64,000 nt of DNA from Clostridiales bacterium (GTDB lineage Bacteria; Bacillota; Clostridia; TANB77; CAG-508): NCBI GenBank assembly GCA_003534295.1, contig DPDV01000008.1, positions 9,460 to 73,459 on the forward strand. The letters are read 5' to 3'. Shown piece by piece: positions 18,874 to 28,268 of this stretch. A model generated the notes under the pieces. It made no database searches and was not told where the DNA came from. It saw nothing but the letters and a program-made list of their open reading frames with translations. Made by a program: the position numbers and the translations under genes. How positions within the stretch are numbered: the first letter of the stretch is position 1; every line of letters starts with the position of its first letter.

Positions 18874-18912
18874 AAAAAGTTAATTTGATTTATCAAATTA
18901 ACTTTTTAATTT
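18874..18912. terminator. bidirectional intrinsic terminator hairpin
   Basis: AAAAAGTTAATTTGAtttaTCAAATTAACTTTTT flanked by A/T runs. Confidence 0.6.
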
Positions 18913-18958
18913 TTACTATGTTGAAATATGACTAATAATACAATATCGCAAAAAACAA

Positions 18959-18987
18959 TTGACATAATATAAAATGAGTGATATAAT
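18959..18987 (+). promoter_or_regulatory. perfect sigma-A consensus promoter upstream of the leuS cassette
   Basis: TTGACA, a 17-bp spacer, then TATAAT. Confidence 0.6.
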
Positions 18988-19155
18988 ATAAACGCTATTA
19001 GTATAATATTATAATTGTGCTTATGTGAAAATTCACAATGGCAGAACCAAAAATTTTTACAATGAGGTTGAAAATTATAAGCTTGTATTAATATGTACAT
19101 TGAAAATTTAATATGTATGTCGAAAAACATTAAAAACCAAATGGAGGGAAAAATC

Positions 19156-19284
19156 ATGAAGAAAATCCTTTTGCTGGACGCGATCTCTTTCCAGGTTGAT
19201 CCGAACGACGAAATTTGGAGATATGAAAACGTTGCTCAAATCAAGTACGCAGCGAAAAGGGAGAACTCAAGAATCATCGTTTAG
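19156..19284 (+). CDS. 42-codon upstream ORF of the leuS cassette (MKKILLLDAISFQVDPNDEIWRYENVAQIKYAAKRENSRIIV); possible Leu-codon leader peptide or small protein
   Basis: RBS GGAGGG 7 nt upstream. GC-rich codon usage like leuS. Three consecutive Leu codons CTT TTG CTG at codons 5-7. Confidence 0.4.
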   Translation: MKKILLLDAISFQVDPNDEIWRYENVAQIKYAAKRENSRIIV

Positions 19285-19392
19285 CAACCGAGATTTTGTA
19301 TCACATTTGTGTACAGGAAATCCTTTACAAAAACGGTAATAATGAGACTTTAACCTTTAGCTTGAACAATCTTATCTGAATGGAGGTATCTT

Positions 19393-21819
19393 ATGAATAT
19401 CGAGAAAATTAAGCAGATTGAAAAATTTGCAAAAGACAAGTGGGAGAGAGAAAGGCTTTCGGCCTTTGACCATTCCAAGATGGGAAAGAAACTCTATGTC
19501 ATGGATATGTTTTCTTATCCTTCTGGCGCTAAGCTTCATCTGGGCCATTGGTTCAACTTTGGCTTAGTAGATAGCTATGCTCGGTTCAAAAAGATGCAGG
19601 GCTTTAATGTGTTTCAACCCATGGGTTTTGATGCATTCGGACTCCCTGCTGAGAACTATGCAATAAAGACCGGAACTCATCCTTATGACAGCACCATGAA
19701 GAATATCGAAGTTATGCGTGGTCAGCTGAAAGAGATGGGCGGAATGTTCGACTGGTCTAATGAGGTTGTGACATGTGATCCAGAATACTATAAGTGGACC
19801 CAGTGGGTTTTCTGTGAGCTGTACAAAAGAGGTCTTGCTTACAAGAAAGCCGCACCCGCAAATTGGTGCCCGTCCTGCCAGACTGTTCTTGCAAGAGAAC
19901 AGGTAAAGCAGGGCAAGTGCGAAAGATGTGGCTCTGATGTCCACATTAAGAATATGAATCAGTGGTTTCTCAAGATTACTGATTATGCAGAAGAACTGCT
20001 TACCGGTCTTGATGGTCTGGACTGGCCTGAGAAAACGAAGGCTATGCAGAGAAATTGGATTGGTAAGTCTGAAGGTTCCTCTGTAATCTTCAAAAATGAT
20101 GTGGTTGGGGATCTTGAGATCTTCACCACTCGCCCGGATACCGTTTTTGGTGTGACTTATATTGTTATGGCTCCCGAACATGAGCTTGTTAACAAGCTTG
20201 TTACTGCAGAACATGCAGAGGAAGTCGAAGCATATGTGAGAAACACCGAGAGAATGACAGAAATCGAACGTCAGAGTACTTCTCATGAAAAGACAGGTGT
20301 ATTTACTGGCTCATATGCAGAGAATCCTGTGACTGGTAAGAAGGTCCAGATTTGGATTTCTGACTATGTACTGGAAAGCTATGGAACCGGAATCGTTATG
20401 GCAGTTCCTGCACACGATGATCGTGATTACGAGTTTGCTACCAAGTACGGGCTTGAAATTGTACCTGTTATTGATGCATTTGAACCCGATAACCATTGCG
20501 CATATACCGGTGAAGGAAAAATGATTAATTCTGCCTTCCTTGATGGTATGAGTGTTGAAGAGGCTAAGTCGGCAATTGTTGATTATCTGTCTATCAACGG
20601 CGTTGGAGGTAAAAAGGTTACATATCGTTTGAGAGACTGGCTGATTTCTCGTCAAAGATACTGGGGAGCACCTATCCCGATTATCTACTGTGATGATTGC
20701 GGAGAAGTTCTTGTTCCTGATGAACAGCTTCCTGTGCTTCTCCCGTATGATGTGGATTTCAAACCAGATGGCGAATCTCCTTTGGCAAGATGCGAAAGCT
20801 TTGTGAAAACTGTTTGTCCTTGCTGTGGTAAGGAAGCAAGACGCGAAGTGGACACCATGGATACTTTCATGTGTTCCTCTTGGTATATGCTGAGATATCC
20901 TGATGCAAGAAATGACAAGCAGGCATTTGACCCAGATTTTATCAATCAGATGCTTCCTGTTGACAAGTATGTCGGTGGTGCAGAGCATAGTTGTATGCAT
21001 CTTATATATGCAAGATTCGTAACAAAGGTTCTCAGAGATGCTGGTTATCTCAAATTTGATGAACCATTTACCTCTCTGGTTCACCAGGGTACCATTCTTG
21101 GCCCTGATGGTCAGAAGATGAGTAAGTCCAAGGGAAACACTGTTTCTCCGGATGAGTACATTGATAAGTTCGGTTCTGATGTATTCAGAACCTACCTGAT
21201 GTTTGGTTTCAATTACACTGAGGGTGGTCCATGGTCTGAAAGTGGTATTGCATCAATTCAGAAGTATTACGACAGAGTCGACAGGATTTTCGAGAAATAC
21301 TTGAGAATTGAGAAGCTTGAGGATATCTGCGAAGATGAGGAAATTAAGCTTTTGATTGCAGTGAATTCCACTATCGATAAAATTACCAACGGTCTTGATA
21401 CCTTCCAGTTCAACACAACAATCGCGAGAATGATGGAGCTGTTCAGCAACATTAGATCCTATCTTGACACTGGCAGAAATTCTAAGATTCTTATCGATGT
21501 CATGGAAAATGTAACCAAGTTGATGGCTCCGGAAGCACCGCACCTGGCTGAATACTACTGGGAATCTTTAGGACATACATGTAGCATTTTCAAGGAAAAA
21601 TGGCCTGAAGTTGATGAAAAAATCGGAATGTATGCAAATATCAATATTCCGGTTCAGATCAACTCCAAGAATATCACCGTGCTAAATGTCAAGAAGGATA
21701 TCAGCAAGGAAGAAATTCAGAAAATGGCTATGGACTATGTTAATGCAAAGCTCAACGGGTGCGAAATCAAGAAAGTGATTTTCGTTCCTAACAGAATCAT
21801 AAACTTCGTTGTAAAATGA
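19393..21819 (+). CDS. leuS: leucyl-tRNA synthetase, complete; compositionally foreign (G+C clearly higher than flanks)
   Basis: 808 aa. HIGH motif (HLGH), the KMSKS motif, a CP1 editing domain and a Zn Cys cluster. RBS GGAGG. Codons are rich in G/C at the third position. Confidence 0.95.
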   Translation: MNIEKIKQIEKFAKDKWERERLSAFDHSKMGKKLYVMDMFSYPSGAKLHLGHWFNFGLVDSYARFKKMQGFNVFQPMGFDAFGLPAENYAIKTGTHPYDSTMKNIEVMRGQLKEMGGMFDWSNEVVTCDPEYYKWTQWVFCELYKRGLAYKKAAPANWCPSCQTVLAREQVKQGKCERCGSDVHIKNMNQWFLKITDYAEELLTGLDGLDWPEKTKAMQRNWIGKSEGSSVIFKNDVVGDLEIFTTRPDTVFGVTYIVMAPEHELVNKLVTAEHAEEVEAYVRNTERMTEIERQSTSHEKTGVFTGSYAENPVTGKKVQIWISDYVLESYGTGIVMAVPAHDDRDYEFATKYGLEIVPVIDAFEPDNHCAYTGEGKMINSAFLDGMSVEEAKSAIVDYLSINGVGGKKVTYRLRDWLISRQRYWGAPIPIIYCDDCGEVLVPDEQLPVLLPYDVDFKPDGESPLARCESFVKTVCPCCGKEARREVDTMDTFMCSSWYMLRYPDARNDKQAFDPDFINQMLPVDKYVGGAEHSCMHLIYARFVTKVLRDAGYLKFDEPFTSLVHQGTILGPDGQKMSKSKGNTVSPDEYIDKFGSDVFRTYLMFGFNYTEGGPWSESGIASIQKYYDRVDRIFEKYLRIEKLEDICEDEEIKLLIAVNSTIDKITNGLDTFQFNTTIARMMELFSNIRSYLDTGRNSKILIDVMENVTKLMAPEAPHLAEYYWESLGHTCSIFKEKWPEVDEKIGMYANINIPVQINSKNITVLNVKKDISKEEIQKMAMDYVNAKLNGCEIKKVIFVPNRIINFVVK

Positions 21820-21852
21820 GAAAGTGATTTTGTTGTAACAAAACAGCGACTA

Positions 21853-21883
21853 GGGTACCTATTATTTAGGTACCCCAGTTTTT
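21853..21883 (+). terminator. intrinsic terminator after leuS
   Basis: GGGTACCTattatttAGGTACCC followed by CAGTTTTT. Confidence 0.7.
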
Positions 21884-21968
21884 CATATTTTTTAGTAGTA
21901 ACCCCTGTATAATTGGAAAATAATTGAAAAAATAGTAGAAAATAAAATTGCAAAGTTTGATTTTAAAA

Positions 21969-23214
21969 TTATCTTTCCAAATCCCATTCTTTTTCCATTT
22001 CTTCATGTTTTATTTGTTTTTCTGGATCAAGAAAAGTATTAGTTTCTTTTTGAAAATCTCTAATTAAATTATCTTCTTCAGCAATATCAAATTTAACACA
22101 AATCCAATGTATGAATTTATCAATAGTTTCGTAGAATTTATCAATTATTTTGTGTAATTTACTATTTTCTTTTTCTAATTTACTAACTTTATATTTGTAT
22201 TCATACTCTAAATTATAAGATTTTTCTTGATATTCCTTTTCAAGTTCTTTTTTTCTGTTATCATATTTTAAATCAAGAGTATTATTTTTATTTTGATATT
22301 CGTGTTTTATTTCTTTTACAGTATTGTGTAATTTCTTGTTATCTGCAATGATTTTATCTCGTTCTTTTTGATATTTTACAGCCTCATCAACAATTTTGGA
22401 TTGTTTTGATATTTCTTTATGCAATGATAAATTACATTATATAATTCTTTAATTAAATCATCTTTAGGTTTTATGATTTCTTTTAGTATTTTTTCATCTC
22501 TTTTTGTTGAAAACTTACTAATTTCATTTATATTTGGAACTTCTGGTATTTCTAGTTTAATTTCTTTTAGAACTTTCTTAGTATTTTCATAATTTGTAAT
22601 TTTCTTATATTCTTCAACTGTATAATGTTTTCTGTCAGTATCTTCTACAAACATACCGCTTTCTAAATTAAAACCCTTTGATTTTATATGATTAAAGTAG
22701 GCATCCTGTAATTTTCTATAACTGTCTTGACCTTTCCAAAAATCTCTTGCACAAATTTTATCAATGTCGTTTCCATCTTTGTCTTTGGTATGAACAACAG
22801 GAACAAACATTAAGTGCATATGTGGTACACCTTCATCTAAATGTACCACTGCTGATATTATATTTTTTCTCCTAGATTCTTATAACTGCATATAAATTTA
22901 TAACATTCATCAAAATATCTTTTGGTCTCTTTTTCTCCAATTTTATCAAAGAATGCTTGGTCAGATGTAAATATCATTTGACACATTATTATACTATTAC
23001 TCCTAAGATGACCTTGCACATTATTTTCTTTTAAATATTTATCAAATTCTTTGGCGTATGTTAGTCCATTTTTTTTAATGTAATAATTTAAGTGTGTTTT
23101 TGTAGGAGCAATATCTTTATTAGTATGATTTTTTGCTTTTCTATCATTATGAGTTCCTTTTCCATTTACTTCTGCTCGTGTTAATTTTTCATTTCTTACA
23201 ATAACATGACTCAT
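21969..23214 (-). pseudogene. mob: MobV-family relaxase (Mob/Pre plasmid recombination enzyme) split across three reading frames
   Basis: N-terminus MSHVIVRNEK... resembles MobM. The HxDE..PHxH motif VHLDEGVPHMHLMFVP sits in the second frame. The C-terminal coiled coil is in the third frame. The first junction is restored by A5 to A6 (NLGEKNIISAVVHLDE). Confidence 0.75.
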
Positions 23215-23261
23215 ATCTCCTTGCCCCTCCTTCTTTGCTCGAGATATTGTTTCAATGTCTA

Positions 23262-23295
23262 ACACACTAGACAAACAAAGTTTGTCTGTGTGGCA
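23262..23295. promoter_or_regulatory. candidate oriT: inverted repeat followed by GTGTGG just upstream of mob
   Basis: AGACAAACaaagTTTGTCT-GTGTGG. MobV oriTs have an IR next to a GTGTG-type nick region. Confidence 0.35.
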
Positions 23296-24190
23296 GGGTT
23301 AGGCAATCCCACACCCCAAAACCTAAAATTTCTTAATTGCATTTTAGATTTTTCATAAAAATTTGCTTATTGCAATTTTTATGAATGTGAGCAAAAAAAT
23401 AAATTTTTTACTCACAACCCAAAAGCATAAGCGCTTTTTGGCATTTACTTTAGCAACTACTAAGCAGAAACTAGAGGAAGAGAGCTAAAGTGAATTAGGT
23501 GTAATAATCCCATTGTTACAAATAGAATTATTACGCCTATATAAGTAGAAACCGTCGGTCGTTCGCCTCGTTTCATAGGTAGTCTAGTAAGTAGCTTTGC
23601 TACTATAATTGTTGATACTACTAAAGTATCTTTGTTCATACTTGTCCAAACTTTTTACAATTATAAATCCACACCAAAATATGCCACCGAATACTCTTTT
23701 ATTATTGTGAGTCTGTGTTCTAAAATCTCACTCACTCACCTTGTATAATTAGACTGCTTATACAAATACGAATGAACTTTATAGCATCGGCTCATTACAC
23801 CTATCACTTTTTAAGAGTTTGTGGCAATTCTCTTTTAAACATAAAAAACTACCTGTAGCTTAAAAACTACAAGTAGTCTATGTTTATTCTATTTAATTAG
23901 CCATCACAATCGATTTAAGGCAATTTATTGTGAGGATAGAGTAATTTTTTACGATAAAATTTTATAAAAAATTTTCAAAATCTATTTATCAATGGTAGAT
24001 TATCTGTTATAATAGTTCATAAATAACATCTAACCAATATCTAACCAAAACATTAAAAAATATGTTATTTTATAAATATTGTTTAATAGTAAGTTAGATA
24101 AATTAGTATGGGAAAAATGTTTGAGATAAAGCTATTTTAAGAAGTATTATATAATAATAAATAACAAAATATATAAAACACTTATAAAGG

Positions 24191-24266
24191 CTCTGACTCC
24201 GACATTCCTGTGTTCGAATCACAGTACCCCAACCACAAAGCAACTAGTTAATTTGACTAGTTGCTT
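24191..24266. repeat. attR: second copy of the 76-bp direct repeat (partial tRNA-Gln 3' half plus hairpin)
   Basis: Identical to 14475-14550. Confidence 0.85.
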
Positions 24267-24295
24267 CTTTCATTGCTTACTTTAGAATTCCTGTT

Positions 24296-25564
<1,269 letters not shown>

Positions 25565-25665
25565 TTAATACTCCCTTCTTATATGATATATTTAAATATA
25601 TTATATCTATTTATTAATTTTTTATTTAAAATTTCAATTGTTTAACATAATTTTGGTCAATAATG

Positions 25666-25694
25666 TTGACTTTTGTCTTATTATATATTATAAT
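25666..25694 (+). promoter_or_regulatory. perfect sigma-A consensus promoter (TTGACT-17-TATAAT) with no downstream protein gene
   Basis: TTGACT tttgtcttattatatat TATAAT. Confidence 0.5.
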
Positions 25695-25700
25695 AATAAC

Positions 25701-26068
25701 TAGTTTGGGAGTAATCACTCCCACATATGTAAACATATATATGTATATATTTTTACATATGTATTCTGTCTACCAGAACATATATCTGGTAGATTTCGTC
25801 GAGAGCGATGCTCTCATCCAAGAAAGAAATGGGCTTTCATCGTCCACTTTACGTCTTTGGTGGTACGATGAGTCACCTCACAAATTTGCTCATTTCTTTC
25901 TTTTCGGGGTACTCACCATGTTCTCCTTGTTCACCTTGGTAGTTTCCCCCCTGTATTGTGTATCAGGTGAGTATCCCCGAAAAAAGAGGCATTTTTTCAA
26001 AATGGTTGTTTGGAAAGGACAGCCATACGCCTCTGCAAAAGAGACACACGCAAGTGTGTCTTTTTTGC
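25701..26068 (+). ncRNA. candidate structured ncRNA 1 (about 370 nt, GC-enriched, several long stems, intrinsic terminator)
   Basis: Stems AAGAAAGAAATG/CATTTCTTTCTT, TTTTCGGGGTACTCACC/GGTGAGTATCCCCGAAAA and AGAGGC/GCCTCT. Terminator AGACACACgcaaGTGTGTCTTTTTT at 26043-26068. No credible ORF. Confidence 0.3.
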
Positions 26069-26078
26069 GTGGATTATG

Positions 26079-26107
26079 TTGACTTTTGATTTTCTTTGTA
26101 GTATAAT
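26079..26107 (+). promoter_or_regulatory. second perfect sigma-A consensus promoter (TTGACT-17-TATAAT)
   Basis: TTGACT tttgattttctttgtag TATAAT immediately after the terminator of unit 1. Confidence 0.5.
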
Positions 26108-26113
26108 TGTATT

Positions 26114-26430
26114 GTTACGAAGCAATCCGCTTCTGTAACATAAGAAGATGTGTTATACATATGAATTTATTTCATTTTTAGCGCATCTTCCAAAAGGAGA
26201 GAAAACTGCATAGTGCTTTCGGGGCATGCACATGTGGTATTGGGAAAGTTGTTATTTTTCTGCTTTGCCATACGGCTTTCCCTTTCTCTCTTTAAAAAAA
26301 ACAATCAAATATTCTCCTTATAATCTCCGTACGTAAGGAGGATATTGATTGCTTACATAGCAGACAGAATAATAATATATTCCGCCATTCTGTCTGCATC
26401 AAAAAACGCACATACTTTGTGCGTTTTTTG
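26114..26430 (+). ncRNA. candidate structured ncRNA 2 (about 310 nt) ending in a bidirectional terminator
   Basis: Hairpins GTTACgaagcaatccgcttcTGTAAC, GAAGATG...CATCTTC and CAGACAGAAT...ATTCTGTCTG. Terminator AAAAAACGCACAaagtaTGTGCGTTTTTT at 26401-26430. Confidence 0.25.
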
Positions 26431-26452
26431 TTTTATTTATGTTTGTTTTTTG

Positions 26453-27451
26453 TTATTTCATACTTTCCTCTACTGCAACTGCTATAGAAACGGTAGCTCC
26501 AACCATAGGGTTGTTTCCCATGCCAATCAATCCCATCATTTCTACATGCGCTGGTACAGAAGATGAACCCGCAAATTGTGCATCTGAATGCATTCTTCCC
26601 ATTGTATCTGTCATTCCGTATGATGCTGGTCCTGCTGCCATATTGTCTGGATGTAAAGTTCTTCCTGTTCCTCCACCTGATGCAACTGAAAAATATTTTC
26701 TTCCTGCTTCTAATCTTTCTTTTTTGTATGTACCTGCTACTGGATGTTGAAATCTTGTTGGATTTGTTGAGTTGCCTGTTATAGATACATCAACATCTTC
26801 TAGCCACATTATTGCAACTCCTTCTCTAACATCATTTGCTCCATAGCATCTAACTTTGCTTCTTTCTCCATTTGAATATGCAATTTCTTCTACAACATTT
26901 ACTTTTCCTGTATAAAAATCAAAATCTGTTTTAACATATGTAAAGCCATTTATTCTAGATATAACTTGTGCTGCATCTTTTCCTAATCCGTTTAATATAA
27001 CTCTTAAAGGCTCTTTTCTTACTTTATTTGCAGATTTTGCAATTCCTATTGCTCCTTCTGCTGCTGCAAAACTCTCATGTCCAGCTAGAAAAGCAAAACA
27101 TTTTGTATCTTCACTTAATAACATTGATGCTAAATTTCCATGCCCCAAGCCTACTTTTCTGTCATCTGCAACTGAACCTGGTATGCAAAATGCCTGTAGT
27201 CCTTCTCCTATTGCCTTTGCAGCTTCATGTGCTTTTGTACAACCTTTTTTTATAGCTATTGCAGCACCTAATGTATATGCCCAACAAGCATTTTCAAAAC
27301 AAATAGTTTGAATACTTCTTGTTATTTCATATGGATTAAATCCTTTATCCGTACATATTTTTAATGCTTCATCGAAATCTTTTATTCCATATTTCTCCAT
27401 TACTGGTTTTATTTGGTCTATTCTTCTTTCATAACTTTCAAATAATGCCAT
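26453..27451 (-). CDS. GGGtGRT family protein
   Basis: Signature SGGGTGRTLHP. 332 aa. Confidence 0.75.
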   Translation of the reverse strand: MALFESYERRIDQIKPVMEKYGIKDFDEALKICTDKGFNPYEITRSIQTICFENACWAYTLGAAIAIKKGCTKAHEAAKAIGEGLQAFCIPGSVADDRKVGLGHGNLASMLLSEDTKCFAFLAGHESFAAAEGAIGIAKSANKVRKEPLRVILNGLGKDAAQVISRINGFTYVKTDFDFYTGKVNVVEEIAYSNGERSKVRCYGANDVREGVAIMWLEDVDVSITGNSTNPTRFQHPVAGTYKKERLEAGRKYFSVASGGGTGRTLHPDNMAAGPASYGMTDTMGRMHSDAQFAGSSSVPAHVEMMGLIGMGNNPMVGATVSIAVAVEESMK

Positions 27452-27479
27452 TATTATTACCTCTTTCTATTTAATTATT

Positions 27480-28208
27480 TTATTCTTTTCTTGGATCTAT
27501 TTTCTTTACGGCTTCATCAAATCTTCCATATTTGCCACTTGCTTTTTCTATTGCTTCCATTGGTTCTATTCCTGCTTTTATATTTTGCATCATTTTTCCA
27601 ATATTTACATACTTGTATCCAATTATTTGATCATTTTCATCTAAGCCTATCTCAGTTATGTACCCTTCTGCTAATTCTAGGTATCTTGGTCCCTTTTCTA
27701 AGGTTGAATAAATTGTTCCAATCTGACTTCTGTTTCCTTTTCCTAAGTCTTCCATTCCCGCACCTATTGGTAATCCATTTTCTGAAAATGCTGATTGTGT
27801 TCTTCCATATACTATTTGTAAAAACAATTCCCTCATTGCAGTGTTAATTGCGTCACATACTAAGTCTGTATTTAACGCCTCTAGCAATGTTTTTCCAACT
27901 AAAATTTCACCTGCCATTGCTGCAGAATGTGTCATCCCACTACATCCTATTGTCTCTATTAATGCTTCTTGTATAATTCCATCTTTAACATTTAATGTTA
28001 ATTTACAAGCTCCTTGTTGTGGTGCACACCAGCCAACACCATGTGTTAAACCAGATATATCTTTTATTTCTTTGGCTTTTACCCATTTTCCTTCTTCGGG
28101 AATTGGAGCAGGTCCATGGTCAACACCTTTTGCTACCTTACACATTTCTTCTACTTCCTTTGAATAAATCATTTTCATTTCTCCTCTCATTATTGTATTA
28201 ATTTTCAA
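27480..28208 (-). CDS. NifU/IscU-like Fe-S scaffold-domain protein (partner of the GGGtGRT gene)
   Basis: GWCAPQQGACKLTLNV...IGCSGMTHSAAMAGE resembles NifU N-terminal-domain Cys motifs. Confidence 0.5.
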   Translation of the reverse strand: MKINTIMRGEMKMIYSKEVEEMCKVAKGVDHGPAPIPEEGKWVKAKEIKDISGLTHGVGWCAPQQGACKLTLNVKDGIIQEALIETIGCSGMTHSAAMAGEILVGKTLLEALNTDLVCDAINTAMRELFLQIVYGRTQSAFSENGLPIGAGMEDLGKGNRSQIGTIYSTLEKGPRYLELAEGYITEIGLDENDQIIGYKYVNIGKMMQNIKAGIEPMEAIEKASGKYGRFDEAVKKIDPRKE

Positions 28209-28268
28209 ATATCTAGTTCTAAACTATAAATTTTATTAAAAAGAATTGCCAAAATATTGGCAGTTCTT

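Larger units (their letters stand above)
14475..24266. mobile_element. about 9.7 kb tRNA-Gln-integrated island (IME-like) with decayed int/xis/mob functions and intact cargo including leuS
   Basis: Perfect 76-bp direct repeats flank it, with an integrase next to the tRNA, an excisionase, a MobV relaxase and an oriT-like IR. Core genes ylmH and eno lie on either side. Confidence 0.75.

Noticed and set aside
19093-19155. Longer version (from 19093) of the small upstream ORF
   Set aside because: The AT-rich in-frame extension lacks an RBS. The GC shift and a good RBS start at the ATG at 19156.
18906-19157. 83-aa minus-strand ORF upstream of the leuS promoter
   Set aside because: It overlaps the consensus promoter and terminator, has no RBS, and its translation is low-complexity.
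19285-19392. Possible T-box leader upstream of leuS
   Set aside because: No T-box consensus (AGGGTGGNACCGCG) and no specifier-loop/antiterminator architecture are visible.
25663-26082. 139-aa plus-strand ORF in the eno/GGGtGRT intergenic region
   Set aside because: It reads straight through the intrinsic terminator hairpin and the structured stems and has no RBS. The region is better explained as ncRNA.
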